Under the pieces are notes generated by a model that saw only the letters and a program-made list of their open reading frames with translations, made no database searches and was not told the origin of the DNA. This document shows, in pieces, positions 30,329 to 42,285 of a stretch of 64,000 nt of DNA (positions are counted from its first letter, which is position 1; each line of letters starts with the position of its first letter). Both the position numbers and the translations under genes were made by a program. Source of the DNA: Waterburya sp. (GTDB lineage Bacteria; Cyanobacteriota; Cyanobacteriia; Cyanobacteriales; Xenococcaceae); contig CBDCJV010000002.1 of the NCBI GenBank assembly GCA_965217895.1, positions 3,648,001 through 3,712,000 on the forward strand. Direction: 5' to 3'.

Positions 30329-32506
30329 GTGGATAAGCAAAAACCAAGGTTTATCGATCTTTTTGCTGGAATTGGAGGTTTCAGAATAGCTTTTGAACAA
30401 GCTGGATATGAATGTGTATATTCCTGTGAAATCGATTCCGCTTGTCAAGAAGTCTACTTTAATAATTTTGGCGAAAAACCGAACGGCGATATTACTAAAA
30501 TAGATATTAAGCAAATACCTGACGTTGATGTTTTAACGGCAGGTTTCCCATGTCAACCCTTTAGCATTTGTGGAAAAAGACAGGGTTTTGAAGATACAAG
30601 AGGTACTTTATTTTTTCACATCTGCAAAATTATAGAGGCAAAACGACCTAGTGTTGTACTTTTGGAAAATGTAAAGCATTTAGTTCATCACGATCGAGGA
30701 AGAACATTAGATGTCATTCTGTATTCTTTGGAATACTTGGGGTATTTGGTCGATTATAAAATATTAAATTCTAAAAATTTCAGTCTGCCACAAAATAGAG
30801 AGCGAATAATAATTATCGCAACTAAAAATAAGAAATTTGATTTTAATCAAGTTGAATCAAGCAATTCTTTAGAAAAATTAAAGGATTATCTTTGCTATAA
30901 GAGAGATTTTGAATATTTACAAACTCATGAATATACTTTAATAGATAATCCTAAACAACAAGCTTCGGGATTGATTTTTGTTGGTTATAGAAATAATAAA
31001 ACTACTTGGAAAAAAGGTGTAAGACCAAATACACAGCATCTTTCAAGAGTACACCATCAACCAAATCGTATTTATTCTGTAGAAGGCGTTCATCCTACAA
31101 TTCCATCTCAAGAAACTTCAGGAAGATTTTTTATTTACCTTCCTAATGAAAACAAAGTACGTAAATTAGCTCTAAATGAATGCTACAGAATTATGGGATT
31201 TCCCGACACATTTCAAGCACATGATTCAGTAGCAGAATGTTATAAGCAAATTGGAAATTCTGTATCTATTCCAATGATTTATCAATTGGCAGTTCAAATC
31301 AAAAAGCAACATTTATTGACAGAAAAATATAAGCAAAATAAAGAATATATTAATTTTTATAAACCAAAACCATTACAATTCAATATTTTTAAAACTATGA
31401 TGATGAATCATAAGGAAAAATTGCTAGAGATCTACAATGAAAATCTAAAATTAGAAAGTTTTTTAGATACACTACCAGAGCAAATACTTACTTATATTCA
31501 AACTATTGCTCAAAACTGTTCTAAGCAAAAAGGCGTTTATACTGTATTAACAACTTTACTAATACATAAAATTATTGAACCGACTCAAGATGTTCGATAT
31601 CATCAATCAAATATGCCTAATGGTTTCTCTGGTAGAACAGTTGATACTCAGTACATTACACCTACACTCAAAGAATTAGGATTACCTGCTATGGCAGAAA
31701 GTGGGTGGTTAACTCGCTCTTTAGAACAGCCTTATCCTTATACTTTAAATTACAATGGCAAAATTAATAATAAAGTTGTTAAGGAAGCATTTTTAAATAT
31801 TATTGACTTTGTAGAAAAAAATCCAAAGCTCACAGAAATTGTTAGTAAAATACTAATTTATCAGGTTAAACAAGCTACACAAGCTAATCAAATTTCCATA
31901 ATTAAGTTAGTTAATCCAGAAAAATTAAATATACTAACCATAGCAAACTGCTTAGATTCTCACTTTAATTATAAATATAAGGCTTTTGGAGCTTCTAAAT
32001 TACCTGTAATAGCATTTTATACTATTTATCAAATGTTAATTCAAGAAGTAGAAAGATACAGGGGCTGCAAGTTAAAAACTTTGGGTAGTCATACCGCATC
32101 AGATCTTACTTCCAAATCAGCAGGAGACATAGAAATCTTTGATAAAAATAAAAAACTTATCGAAGCGATAGAAATCAAGCACGGTAAACCAATTAACTTA
32201 CAAATGGTTTTAAATGCTAAAGACAAAATATTAAAGTACGATCCAAGAAGATACTATATATTTTCTGCTGCTGACATTCAAACAGAAGATAAAATTAAAA
32301 TTCAAGATGAAGTTGAATTTATTATAAATAATCATGGGTGTCAGGTTATTGTTAATGGTATTATCCCCACACTTAAATATTATTTACGATTGATTTCTTC
32401 AGTAGAAAAATTCGTTGAAGATTATTCTAAACTTGTAGAACAAGATCGAGAATTGCAGGCTATTCATAAAATCCAATGGAATGGTATTTTAAAAACTCTC
32501 GAATAA
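30329..32506 (+). CDS. Fused C5-cytosine DNA methyltransferase + PD-(D/E)XK restriction endonuclease
   Basis: DLFAGIGG, GFPCQPFS, ENV, PQNRERI, KQIGNSV; C-terminal half with GDIE...EAIEIKHGK. Confidence 0.85.
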   Translation: MDKQKPRFIDLFAGIGGFRIAFEQAGYECVYSCEIDSACQEVYFNNFGEKPNGDITKIDIKQIPDVDVLTAGFPCQPFSICGKRQGFEDTRGTLFFHICKIIEAKRPSVVLLENVKHLVHHDRGRTLDVILYSLEYLGYLVDYKILNSKNFSLPQNRERIIIIATKNKKFDFNQVESSNSLEKLKDYLCYKRDFEYLQTHEYTLIDNPKQQASGLIFVGYRNNKTTWKKGVRPNTQHLSRVHHQPNRIYSVEGVHPTIPSQETSGRFFIYLPNENKVRKLALNECYRIMGFPDTFQAHDSVAECYKQIGNSVSIPMIYQLAVQIKKQHLLTEKYKQNKEYINFYKPKPLQFNIFKTMMMNHKEKLLEIYNENLKLESFLDTLPEQILTYIQTIAQNCSKQKGVYTVLTTLLIHKIIEPTQDVRYHQSNMPNGFSGRTVDTQYITPTLKELGLPAMAESGWLTRSLEQPYPYTLNYNGKINNKVVKEAFLNIIDFVEKNPKLTEIVSKILIYQVKQATQANQISIIKLVNPEKLNILTIANCLDSHFNYKYKAFGASKLPVIAFYTIYQMLIQEVERYRGCKLKTLGSHTASDLTSKSAGDIEIFDKNKKLIEAIEIKHGKPINLQMVLNAKDKILKYDPRRYYIFSAADIQTEDKIKIQDEVEFIINNHGCQVIVNGIIPTLKYYLRLISSVEKFVEDYSKLVEQDRELQAIHKIQWNGILKTLE

Positions 32507-32605
32507 CTTAAAAAAGGGCTGAACGTTTGTTTGCTAATTCTAACAAAAGCAATTAGTTCGCTAATGCGATCGCCAGCTTTGACAAATTTAGATTAAATCC
32601 ATTGA

Positions 32606-34315
32606 ATGATTGACTGTCGTAATGTAAACACTCTGTGGGCATCGGTAATGGTTGAGACTCTATACCGCTGCGGATTAACCATGGCGATAATTTGTCCAGG
32701 TTCCCGTTCAACACCTCTAGCTGTGGCATTTGCTCGACATCTTGGGGTAACAACTATACCAATTTTAGATGAGCGTTCAGCAGCCTTTTTTGCCCTTGGT
32801 AGAGCCAAGAAAACTGGCTTGCCAACGGTTTTAGTCTGTACTTCGGGAACGGCGGGAGCAAACTTTTATCCCGCAGTCATTGAAGCGAATCAAAGCTGTA
32901 TTCCCCTAATTATCTTAACTGCCGATCGCCCTCCAGAATTACGCTATTGTCATGCAGGGCAAACTATAGATCAGCTCCAGCTTTATGGCAATCTGCCCAA
33001 CTGGCAGGGTGAACTAGCATTACCCGAAGCTAATTTAGGTATGTTGCAATATCTGCGACAAAATATGATTCAAGCTTGGCAGCAGTCTCTTTTTCCCTAC
33101 CCAGGGGTGGTTCATCTAAATGTTCCTTTACGCGAACCCCTAGCACCAATTAAGCAGCACTTAGCTGAGATTGACCAAATTCCCGCAGATTTTTTTGATG
33201 CTGTGTCGCAAAATTCCTCTGGACATCCTGCCAAATTTACTAGCTATTTACCCTGGAATAGTTGGTTAAGTAAGTCAGGAATTATTATTGCAGGTTTAGC
33301 ACAACCTCAAGATCCTCAAGCTTATTGTCAGGCGATCGCCAATCTCTCAAAGTATCTCTCTTTTCCTGTCTTGGCAGAAGCTTTATCTCCCCTGAGAAAT
33401 TATGCTCGACTCAATCCTTATTTAATTTCCACCTATGATGCAATTTTGCGTCAGGATCGGGTAAGCAAAGAACTTATTCCTGAAGTGATTATTCAAATTG
33501 GTGAACTTCCCACCAGTAAACAGCTAAGAAACTGGCTCAACGATCTTGTTGTCGAACGCTGGATTATCGATACTCGGATTGAAAACTTAGATCCTCTCCA
33601 CGGAAAAACGATTCATGTTCACAGTTCAATTGAGCAAATTGCCCATAATCTGAATCCCCAGCTAGAAAACCGCCCTGGCTCAAAATACTGCCACCAATGG
33701 TGTGAATTAGAAACTGCAACCAGAACTAATTTAGATAACATTCTAAAATCTCTAGAGACAATGTACGAAGGTAAGGCTGCCTGGTTGCTTTCTCGTAGCT
33801 TACCATCAGCTACACCAATTTTCTTTGCCAACAGTATGTCTGTGCGTTATGCAGAATATTTTTGGCAACCAAATGACAATCATCTTGTTCCTTATTTTAG
33901 CCGAGGGGCAAATGGAATTGATGGCACTCTTTCTACCGCTTTAGGAATTGCCTATCAAGATACAGGGGTATTGTTAACAGGAGATTTAGCTTTACTACAT
34001 GATACTAATGGCTTTTTGCTCCATGATAAATTTCAAGGGCATTTAACTATCGTGCTGATTGATAATAATGGTGGCGGAATTTTTGAAATGTTACCGATCG
34101 CCGATTTCGCCTTATTTGAAGAATATTTTGCTACGCCTCAGTCAGTTAACTTTGCTCGATTGTGCGCTGCCTATGATGTCGAGCATAAATATGTAAATGA
34201 TTGGCAGCATTTACAAGAATTACTTGAAAATCTGCCGACAACAGGAATTAGAGTTTTAGAAGTTACTTGCGATCGCGCTCATGATGCTGCTTGGCTCAAA
34301 AACAATTTATCTTAA
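32606..34315 (+). CDS. menD: SEPHCHC synthase
   Basis: CPGSRSTPL, LDERSAAFFALG, CTSGTA, RGANGIDG, GDLALLHD, NNGGGIF. Confidence 0.97.
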   Translation: MIDCRNVNTLWASVMVETLYRCGLTMAIICPGSRSTPLAVAFARHLGVTTIPILDERSAAFFALGRAKKTGLPTVLVCTSGTAGANFYPAVIEANQSCIPLIILTADRPPELRYCHAGQTIDQLQLYGNLPNWQGELALPEANLGMLQYLRQNMIQAWQQSLFPYPGVVHLNVPLREPLAPIKQHLAEIDQIPADFFDAVSQNSSGHPAKFTSYLPWNSWLSKSGIIIAGLAQPQDPQAYCQAIANLSKYLSFPVLAEALSPLRNYARLNPYLISTYDAILRQDRVSKELIPEVIIQIGELPTSKQLRNWLNDLVVERWIIDTRIENLDPLHGKTIHVHSSIEQIAHNLNPQLENRPGSKYCHQWCELETATRTNLDNILKSLETMYEGKAAWLLSRSLPSATPIFFANSMSVRYAEYFWQPNDNHLVPYFSRGANGIDGTLSTALGIAYQDTGVLLTGDLALLHDTNGFLLHDKFQGHLTIVLIDNNGGGIFEMLPIADFALFEEYFATPQSVNFARLCAAYDVEHKYVNDWQHLQELLENLPTTGIRVLEVTCDRAHDAAWLKNNLS

Positions 34316-34335
34316 CCGATTAACCTACTGCGATA

Positions 34336-34764
34336 CTACGCATTGCCTATAACGTCAGCAGCTTCTGCCTCGGAAGATGCTGCTGGTTTGCTGACGAATA
34401 ATTTTGGTAACAGCAAGCCAGAACGTTCTTTATAGGCTGCAAACTCTGGATAACGAGCCAGAGATTTGTCTTTTTTGAGCATATTTGGTACAAAAATCAA
34501 AGCTGCAAATATACCCAGGATCAAAAAGGGTAGCCAATGCTGCGCCAGCATGGCAAAGCTGAGATAAATCAAAATTTCTCCCAGATAATTGGGGTTACGG
34601 CTACGGCTAAAAAAACCCTCGGTAATTAGCCTTTTTCTATGTTTTAAAGTAAAGTATTTTTGAGCATCGCTACCATAGTGCAGAAATACGCCCATAATAT
34701 TCATGGCGATCGCAGCACTAGTTAAAGGCAGACTAGGCTGTACACCACTGCTAATTAAAATAAA
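34336..34764 (-). pseudogene. 5'-truncated DUF1295/steroid-reductase-like membrane protein
   Basis: Family-like sequence starts only at FILISSG...SDAQKYFTLK...LITEGFFSRSRNPNYLGE; the N-terminal part of the called ORF is antisense of the SDR gene. Confidence 0.65.
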
Positions 34765-34804
34765 TAAAATAAGAATTGGTAAAGCAGCGGTTGCTCTAAT
34801 TTCT

Positions 34805-35732
34805 ATGAATAAATCCACTTTCTGCGAGGTAATTTTAATTACAGGTGCTTCTAGTGGCATTGGTGCAGCATTAGCAGAAGTTTTGGCAAGCAAAGGTTCT
34901 GGGGTTAGCTTAGTCTTAGCATCCCGTAACCTATCTGCATTAGAAACCATAGCGAATAAGTGTCGTAGTCATAATGCTGATGTGCTAGTAATTCCTACCG
35001 ACTTGTCTAAGGTTGAACAGGTCAAGTCTTTGGCAGAAAAAACTATTGAACACTATGGAAAAGTTGACGTACTAGTAAATAATGCAGGCTATGGGCAAAT
35101 GGGCCCTGTAGAATTAATTCCTCCCGCAGCAGCCGAAAAGCAGTTTGCGGTTAATTTCCATGCACCTTTGGTGTTAATTCAGGCTTTAATTCCCTCCATG
35201 CGATCGCATGGAGGCGGTAAAATTATTAACGTTAGTTCTCTTGGTGGACGTATCCCTTTTCCCGCAGCGGATATGTATAGCTGTTCCAAATTTGCCCTAG
35301 AAGCCCTTAGTGACGTTTTGCGCATGGAGTTAAAGGCTTTTAACATCCAGGTTAGCGTCGTTGAACCTGGTCCTGTGGTGACTGACTTTTTTCGAGTAGC
35401 CTGGCAGGAAAATACAGGAGACAATACCTAACTACGAGCAAACTCCCTACTCACCTGTCTTTAAAAATATCGAAGCCATCGACTCTCAGCTAGATTTACT
35501 AGGCTGGAGTGCGGAAAAAACAGCTAGAGAGATCGCCAAAATAATCGCTAAATCACGCCCAAAACCACGCTATATTTTAGCTACAGGCGGTAATACCCTA
35601 GTTTTCTTGATGAACAAAATCCTACCCACCAGTGCCAGAGACGAATTCTGGAAACGCTTCTATGGCATCCACAAAATTCAATATCCTACACCACAAGCAG
35701 AGCGTTTAAAAACAAGACAGAAGTTATATTAA
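34805..35732 (+). pseudogene. Short-chain dehydrogenase/reductase with a +1 frameshift near 35408
   Basis: ITGASSGIG, NNAGYG, YSCSK, VEPGPV; removing one G at 35407-35408 restores KIQETIPNYEQTPY...PKPRY...FWKRFYG to a stop at 35732. Confidence 0.82.
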
Positions 35733-35763
35733 ATCTGCTACATGGAAAAGTATCTTCAACAAT

Positions 35764-35803
35764 GAGTTCGTAGTTTGTGGTTTGTAGTTCGTAGTTCGTA
35801 GTC
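35764..35803. repeat. Heptamer tandem repeat (STRR-like)
   Basis: gagttcg-tagtttg-tggtttg-tagttcg-tagttcg-tagtc. Confidence 0.75.
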
Positions 35804-35881
35804 CAAGAAAACTGCCCTAACTGCCACCCTCGCGCGTTCCCTTGCGCCTAACGGCGACGCGGGGTCGCTCGTCTAACTGTC

Positions 35882-36634
35882 CTAGTTATTCATCCGACTA
35901 AGAAAAGCCTTGAGACGATCGCACTGAGGGTTGGTTAATATCTCTTTAGCGTTTCCCTGTTCTTCTACCACTCCTTGATTAAGAAAAAGAACTTGGTTGG
36001 CAACTTCGCGGGCAAACTGCATCTCGTGGGTAACTACTACCATTGTCATCCCTTCTTCAGCTAGCTGCTTCATTACGGTTAATACTTCCCCGACTAGTTC
36101 TGGATCTAGCGCGCTAGTAGGTTCATCAAATAAAAGAATTTCAGGCTTCATACAGAGGCTACGGGCGATCGCTACTCGTTGCTTTTGTCCCCCAGATAGC
36201 TGTTCGGGATAGGAGTTAGCTTTACTGCTCAAACCTACCTTATCTAGATAGTGTAAGGCGCGATCGCGACATTCTGCTTTTGATTCCTTTAACACTTCAC
36301 CAGGAGCTAGCATCAAGTTTTGCAACACGCTTAGGTGCGGAAATAAATTAAACTGCTGAAAAACCATGCCTACTTTAGTTCTTAGCTGCTTTAGCTTTTG
36401 TGAGCTAATTTTGGGTTGGGAAAGATCGATCCCCATTACATTTAACTTTCCGCCATTAATAGCTTCTAAGCGATTACAACAGCGTAATAAAGTGCTTTTT
36501 CCACAGCCAGAAGTGCCAATGATTGAGACAACATCACCCTTGTAAAGAGATGCGGTAATTCCGCGGAGCACCTCTAATGAACCATAGCTTTTTCTAAGAT
36601 TATCAAAGGAAACAACAGGAGCAGCAGTAGACAT
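35882..36634 (-). CDS. bgtA: Polar amino acid ABC transporter ATP-binding subunit (BgtA-like)
   Basis: [43 protein letters not shown]. Confidence 0.85.
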   Translation of the reverse strand: MSTAAPVVSFDNLRKSYGSLEVLRGITASLYKGDVVSIIGTSGCGKSTLLRCCNRLEAINGGKLNVMGIDLSQPKISSQKLKQLRTKVGMVFQQFNLFPHLSVLQNLMLAPGEVLKESKAECRDRALHYLDKVGLSSKANSYPEQLSGGQKQRVAIARSLCMKPEILLFDEPTSALDPELVGEVLTVMKQLAEEGMTMVVVTHEMQFAREVANQVLFLNQGVVEEQGNAKEILTNPQCDRLKAFLSRMNN

Positions 36635-37009
36635 AATATTTCACTTTACAAAGTAATTCTAAAGGGAAAAATAGCTTATTTGTTTTTAATTAACTGTCAA
36701 ATTAATTACATTTATTATATTGCTTTATGGTCATAATTTAGCCAAATCAAAGCTTAATCTACTGCATTTTATTAAATGTATCTAAAAATATACATTTTTA
36801 AGTACATTTTGTTCCAGGCGAACAAAAAAGATACCTAATAACGTATTGTAATTAAATCAGGAAAATAGTAGGCAGAGCTTAGTCCAAAATATTAATTGTT
36901 ATGAACCCATAAATATATTTAAACATTTGTTAATAGCTTTTAATAGCGAAATTCCTTTGTTTACTCTTATTTAGAAATAGATTGGAATCAAGAATAATTA
37001 TGGATAATT

Positions 37010-38554
37010 ATGAATCAAAATAAATTGATTTTTTGGTTACGAAGGTTAGGTTTAAGTTTAGTCGGACTACTATTAGTGACTAGCTTGAACAATTATTTAC
37101 TTGCCCCGCTTCATGCTCAGGGAGTTTTAAGAGTAGGAACAGAACCTGCCTTTCCGCCTTTTGAAATGCAGGCACCAAATGGCAAAGGTTTTACGGGGTT
37201 TGATATAGATTTATTCAGAGCAATTGGTGAAGAAAGTGGTTTGGATATTCAGTTTCAAAGTATGCCCTTTGATGGACTGATTCCCGCGTTGCAGGCAAAA
37301 AATATTGATGCAGCAATTAGCGGCATGACTATTACGCCAGAGCGCGCTCAAACCATCGATTTTACTCGCCCTTATTTTCAATCTGGTTTGGCGATCGCCG
37401 TTAGAAAAGATGACAAAGGGAAAATCAAAAGCTTTGATGACTTAGAAAACAAAAAGGTTGCCGTTGCCATTGGGACAACAGGAGCGCAAGAAGCCCAAAA
37501 AATACCAGGAGTAGCGGTTTCTACCTTTGATAATTCTGCCTTAGCTCTTCAAGAATTAAGCAATGGTAATGTAGATGCAGTAGTTAACGATGCCCCTGTT
37601 ACTCTTTATGCCATCAAAGTTGGCAATCTTGGTAATGTTGAGGTGGTTGGGGAATTATTAACCGAGGAATATTACGGAATTGCTTTACCCAAGGGTTCTC
37701 CCAATTTAAAAAAAGTTAATGCTGCCATAGATGAATTGCTCAAAGGTGATAAATATCGCGAACTGTATCAAAAATGGTTTGCAGGAGAGCCACCCAAGTT
37801 GCCTTTAGTTGCTCCAGCTCTAGAAGGTGAAGGTGCGACATTTAGCTGGGGAAAAATGCTGCCTACACTTTTGCGGGGAGCTTTAGTGACAATAATGCTG
37901 ACGGCTTTTGCGACATTTTTTGGCACTATCGTCGGAACTTTACTGGCAACAGCCTCCATCTCAGACTTTAAACCTTTGGGTTGGTTCAGTCGTATCTATG
38001 TAGATTTCTTTCGCGGTACGCCTTTGCTAGTACAGATCTTCATGATTTACTTTGGCTTACCTTCTCTCTTGCAGGGAGCAGGCTTAGACTTTACCTTTAA
38101 TCGCTTTGCTGCTGCGGTTACGGCTTTGAGTCTCAATTCTGCTGCCTATTTAGCCGAAATTATTCGCGGTGGTATTCAATCAATCGATATAGGACAGTGG
38201 GAAGCCTCCCAGTCGATGGGTATGGGATGGGTGCAAACCATGCGCCACATAATTTTCCCCCAGGCTTTTCGTCGGATGTTACCTCCTTTGGGCAATGAGT
38301 TTATTACCCTGCTCAAAGACACTAGCTTGGTAGCAATTATTGGTTTTGAAGAACTATTTCGTCAGGGACAACTAATGGTGGCAACAACCTATCGTGCCTT
38401 TCAAATATATGCAGCAGTAGCGTTGATCTATTTGATTTTGACCTTTATCGCTTCTAGAGTCTTTAGCTGGCTAGAAAAACGGCTCAACCCTGTGCGTCGT
38501 GCCAATAAAAAAGAAGCAAAACTTGCTTCTAATTCAGAACAATTAGCAGGTTAA
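37010..38554 (+). CDS. bgtB: Fused substrate-binding/permease amino acid ABC transporter (BgtB-like)
   Basis: SBP family 3 (TEPAFPPFE, GMTITPER) fused to permease (FFRGTPLLVQ, AYLAEIIRGGI). Confidence 0.88.
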   Translation: MNQNKLIFWLRRLGLSLVGLLLVTSLNNYLLAPLHAQGVLRVGTEPAFPPFEMQAPNGKGFTGFDIDLFRAIGEESGLDIQFQSMPFDGLIPALQAKNIDAAISGMTITPERAQTIDFTRPYFQSGLAIAVRKDDKGKIKSFDDLENKKVAVAIGTTGAQEAQKIPGVAVSTFDNSALALQELSNGNVDAVVNDAPVTLYAIKVGNLGNVEVVGELLTEEYYGIALPKGSPNLKKVNAAIDELLKGDKYRELYQKWFAGEPPKLPLVAPALEGEGATFSWGKMLPTLLRGALVTIMLTAFATFFGTIVGTLLATASISDFKPLGWFSRIYVDFFRGTPLLVQIFMIYFGLPSLLQGAGLDFTFNRFAAAVTALSLNSAAYLAEIIRGGIQSIDIGQWEASQSMGMGWVQTMRHIIFPQAFRRMLPPLGNEFITLLKDTSLVAIIGFEELFRQGQLMVATTYRAFQIYAAVALIYLILTFIASRVFSWLEKRLNPVRRANKKEAKLASNSEQLAG

Positions 38555-38592
38555 TTACGACAGTTAAGACAATTAGTCAGGTGTGAGAAATT

Positions 38593-40146
38593 ATGTTCAA
38601 TCATGTATTTAATTTGCTCCCTATGGGTGCAATAGCTTTGGGTGTAGTTTTGGTAACGGGCGATCGCGCGATCGCTGTACCTTTAGATGAAGACAAAAAC
38701 AGTCTAGGACAGGTTACTAACGTCCAGCAACTAAGGGATGTTGCCCCTACAGACTGGGCGTATGAAGCCTTGCGGAGTTTGGTAGATCGCTATGGCTGTA
38801 TTGCTGGCTATCCTAATCAAACATTTCGCGGTAGTCAGCCTTTAACTCGCTATGAGTTTGCAGCAGGATTAAATAGTTGCCTAAATCAAATTGAACGTTT
38901 GATTGCCAGTTCTGGTTCAGTCTCAGACGAAGATCTTGCCACTATACAGCGATTAAGCCAGGAGTATAAGGCAGAATTAGCTACCATAGGCGGTAGAGTC
39001 GATGAACTTGAAAGCCGAACTACTGCTGTAGAAGACACTGCTTTTTCTACTACCACTAAACTAAATGCTGAGATTGTCAGCTACGCCTTAGGAACATTTG
39101 GCGGTCAAAAGCCAGACGGCACCGATGTTGACAATCAAATTACCTTGAGCAGTCAAGTTCGCCTTAATTTTGACAGTAGCTTTACGGGAGACGATTTATT
39201 GAGAGTTCGCTTACAGGCGCGAAACATTACCAGTCCTTCCACATCTGGCGGCAGTAATGCTCTGGCTTTGAATTATGAAGGTGATAGTGGTAACAGCTTT
39301 GAAATAAATGCTTTCTACTACAGATTTCCTATTGGTGAAAAACTCACAGGTTTCGTTGGTGCTAATGGTGCTGATGTCGATGATTTTTTTGATGTCGCTC
39401 CCACGATGGGACTAGCCTATGACTCTCTCTCTCTATTTAGTGCTTACAATAATTTAATTTATGATAACGCTAATGGTGGTAGTGCTGCTGTTGGTTTAGA
39501 TTATGATTTCACAGATGCGGTAAATTTAGCAGTAGGCTACTGGGCAACCAGCCCCGCCGACTCTACGCCTGGCAATGGCTTATTTAATGGTAACTATGTT
39601 ACTGGTGCAAATCTCAATATAGCTCTTTTAGACGATCGCTTGAACTTGGCATTAGCTTACCTAAGAGCTTATCAGGGTGCTGAAACTGACTACAATTTGG
39701 CTGGCTTTGTGGGGACACCGGCAGCATCAGATCCTTTTGAAAATCGCGCCAATTCCTCCAATAATTATGGTTTGGCTGCTAGTTTTCAGGTTTTAGAACC
39801 CCTTACAGTAGGCGGATATGTTGGCTATACTACCGCATCAACGATTGATGACAATGCCAATGCGGATATTTTAAACTGGAATGCTTACCTCACCTATAGC
39901 GATCTGTTAAAAGAAGGCTCGACTTTTATCGTTAGTTTTGGTCAAACGCCAACTTTAACTGGTTCTGGTGGCGATGCCTTGCCAGATGACGCAAATAACC
40001 CTTATTTGCTTGACGTAGAATATCAATATAACCTCAACGATTTTATTATGCTTACCCCTGGTGGCTACGTTCTATTTAATCCTGATGGCAACTCTAATAA
40101 CGACACTCTTTATGTTGGCACTATACGAACCATTTTTAGATTCTAG
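38593..40146 (+). CDS. SLH-domain outer-membrane porin (cyanobacterial OprB-like family)
   Basis: [36 protein letters not shown]-terminal IRTIFRF. Confidence 0.93.
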   Translation: MFNHVFNLLPMGAIALGVVLVTGDRAIAVPLDEDKNSLGQVTNVQQLRDVAPTDWAYEALRSLVDRYGCIAGYPNQTFRGSQPLTRYEFAAGLNSCLNQIERLIASSGSVSDEDLATIQRLSQEYKAELATIGGRVDELESRTTAVEDTAFSTTTKLNAEIVSYALGTFGGQKPDGTDVDNQITLSSQVRLNFDSSFTGDDLLRVRLQARNITSPSTSGGSNALALNYEGDSGNSFEINAFYYRFPIGEKLTGFVGANGADVDDFFDVAPTMGLAYDSLSLFSAYNNLIYDNANGGSAAVGLDYDFTDAVNLAVGYWATSPADSTPGNGLFNGNYVTGANLNIALLDDRLNLALAYLRAYQGAETDYNLAGFVGTPAASDPFENRANSSNNYGLAASFQVLEPLTVGGYVGYTTASTIDDNANADILNWNAYLTYSDLLKEGSTFIVSFGQTPTLTGSGGDALPDDANNPYLLDVEYQYNLNDFIMLTPGGYVLFNPDGNSNNDTLYVGTIRTIFRF

Positions 40147-42170
40147 AGATTAGAAATTGCGCCCCTAGCCATATCGGCGATCGCCTTATCCGTCGCTTTA
40201 GGTAAATGATAGTATGTTCCCCCAGCCTGCTTGGCTAGTTCCTTGGCAAATCCAGTCGAGACAAAACGGCTTTCTGTATCAATTACCAGCAGCTTCATGC
40301 CTAAAGCGCGGATCTTTCCCGCAATACTCAGCAATTCCTCTTTGATGTTCGGTTTTTCTGCTCCTGCTTCTGGAACTTCCCCCAAGGAACGAGACAGAGG
40401 AATATTACCTCGACCGTCGGTAATGGCTACAATAACTACCTGTCCAATATCTCCCGACATTTGGGCGTTAATGCCTACGTTTACCGCTTGGGTTAAACCA
40501 TGAGATAAAGGCGAGCCTCCACCACAGGGAAGGCTTTCTAACCTGCCTTTTGCCATAGTGATTGAGCGGGTAGGAGGTAACAAAACATCAGCCCGTTCAC
40601 CACGGAAAGGAATTAAAGATATTTGGTCGCGGTTTTCGTATGCTTCTGTCAAAAGGCGCATCACCGCACCTTTAGCTGACTGCATTCTATTTAGTGCCAT
40701 TGAACCAGAGGCATCAACTACAAAAATAATTAACGAACCAGCCTTGCGTGCCATACGCTTAGAGCGTAAATCGCTTTGCTCAACAATGACATTGCGCCCT
40801 GGATTACGTTCTCGCCTAGCTTTTTGGTAAGGGGCAGCATTACGCAGAGTGGCATCTATGGCAATCCTTTTGACTTTGCCCTTGGGAATCATCGGCTTAA
40901 TATAGCGTCCGCGATCCTCTGAAAAGATTAAATTCCGCGCTCCAGATTTACCCTGACGCTGCATAGTTTGGGCAAAGGTAAGCACTTCTGGATCTAATAC
41001 CACCCCTTCAATATCAAAGACAAACTCATCAGGAATAGCAGGAGGTTCTTGTTCTTGTTCGGGTTCTTCTTGCTCTTCTTCTGGTTCATCCTCATCCCGA
41101 TCCCGATCGGATTCCTCATCAGGCTGCTGCTGTTCGGGTGGCGGTGGTGGTGGTGGCGCGTCGTCAGGAGGTGCTTCGATAGTAGTGGCGCGAGGAACAA
41201 TTACTAATTCTACCGCTTTGCGCAAATCATCGGCAGTAACGTTATCTCTACCGTCTAAGGCTGCACAGGCTTTGGCTACCCGAACGGCAAATAGTTCGGC
41301 TCGATGTCCTTCTACTGTTCCCCGGACGGCTTCTTGAACTAAATAGAGTATTTGCTCGTGAGTTATTTTGACTTCCTTAAGCCATTCCCGCGCCAAAATA
41401 ATATCAGTTTGAAGACTATCGGTGTCTTTTTCATAGGCATTGACAAATTCTTGGGGAGAACTGGTAAAGTCGATCGCCTGATTTACTGCTTCTACTCTTT
41501 GTTCGAGGGATAACACTCCATCAGCCGAAAGAGCGATCGCAATACGATCTAAAAGATGCTCCCGCAGTACTCCTTCTTCAGGATTATAGGTAGCAATGAG
41601 AATTGGTTTACAGGGATGCTGAAAGCTAATGCCTTCGCGTTCAATTACATTACGTCCATCGGTTAAAACTGTCAGTAGTTGATTGGCAATTTGCTCGTCT
41701 AAAAGATTAATCTCATCAATATACAAAACCCCACGATGCGCCTGAGCCAGTAACCCTGGTTGAAATATAGGTTCGCCCTGCTTAACTGACTCCTCTACAT
41801 CCACTGAGCCAAGTAATCTGTCTTCTGTGACTCCCAAGGGGATCTGCACAAAAGGCGCAGGCACAATTTGAGTCGGAATATCTTCTAAAGCCATATCGCC
41901 ATACTGAACAACGGTATCGTCATCCCAATTTTGGGGCTTAGACGGATCGCAGTTGTAAAGAGAACCCTTAATAACTTCTATCGGGGGCAAAAGATTGTAA
42001 ATCGCCCGTGCCATAACCGATTTAGCTGTTCCTCGGCGACCAGCGATCGCTACTCCTCCCAGTTCTGGATCGATAGCCGATAACAATAAAGCCAGCTTGA
42101 TAGATTCTTGTCCAACAACGGCAGTTAAGGGAAAGTTGAAGTTTTTAAAGGCAGTAGTTACAGCAGGCAT
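40143..42170 (-). CDS. chlD: Magnesium chelatase subunit D
   Basis: [11 protein letters not shown] domain, Pro/acidic linker, v[10 protein letters not shown]. Confidence 0.97.
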   Translation of the reverse strand: MPAVTTAFKNFNFPLTAVVGQESIKLALLLSAIDPELGGVAIAGRRGTAKSVMARAIYNLLPPIEVIKGSLYNCDPSKPQNWDDDTVVQYGDMALEDIPTQIVPAPFVQIPLGVTEDRLLGSVDVEESVKQGEPIFQPGLLAQAHRGVLYIDEINLLDEQIANQLLTVLTDGRNVIEREGISFQHPCKPILIATYNPEEGVLREHLLDRIAIALSADGVLSLEQRVEAVNQAIDFTSSPQEFVNAYEKDTDSLQTDIILAREWLKEVKITHEQILYLVQEAVRGTVEGHRAELFAVRVAKACAALDGRDNVTADDLRKAVELVIVPRATTIEAPPDDAPPPPPPPEQQQPDEESDRDRDEDEPEEEQEEPEQEQEPPAIPDEFVFDIEGVVLDPEVLTFAQTMQRQGKSGARNLIFSEDRGRYIKPMIPKGKVKRIAIDATLRNAAPYQKARRERNPGRNVIVEQSDLRSKRMARKAGSLIIFVVDASGSMALNRMQSAKGAVMRLLTEAYENRDQISLIPFRGERADVLLPPTRSITMAKGRLESLPCGGGSPLSHGLTQAVNVGINAQMSGDIGQVVIVAITDGRGNIPLSRSLGEVPEAGAEKPNIKEELLSIAGKIRALGMKLLVIDTESRFVSTGFAKELAKQAGGTYYHLPKATDKAIADMARGAISNL

Positions 42171-42285
42171 AGCGATCGCTTGGGAATTTCTTGAGGCTAA
42201 TAAAACCTAGTAACTCACTGTAATCTATTTAGGGGGTCAAACTCAAAGCAATAGTTGAGCTATTGAGTATTTAATTGGATAGTAG

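Noticed and set aside
34703..34804. N-terminal extension of the SDR ORF
   Set aside because: Antisense to the truncated membrane gene; ATG at 34805 precedes the Rossmann motif at normal spacing.
36801..36815. Cyanobacterial LexA box (AGTACATTTTGTTCC)
   Set aside because: Spacer is one base longer than the RGTAC-N3-DGTWC consensus.
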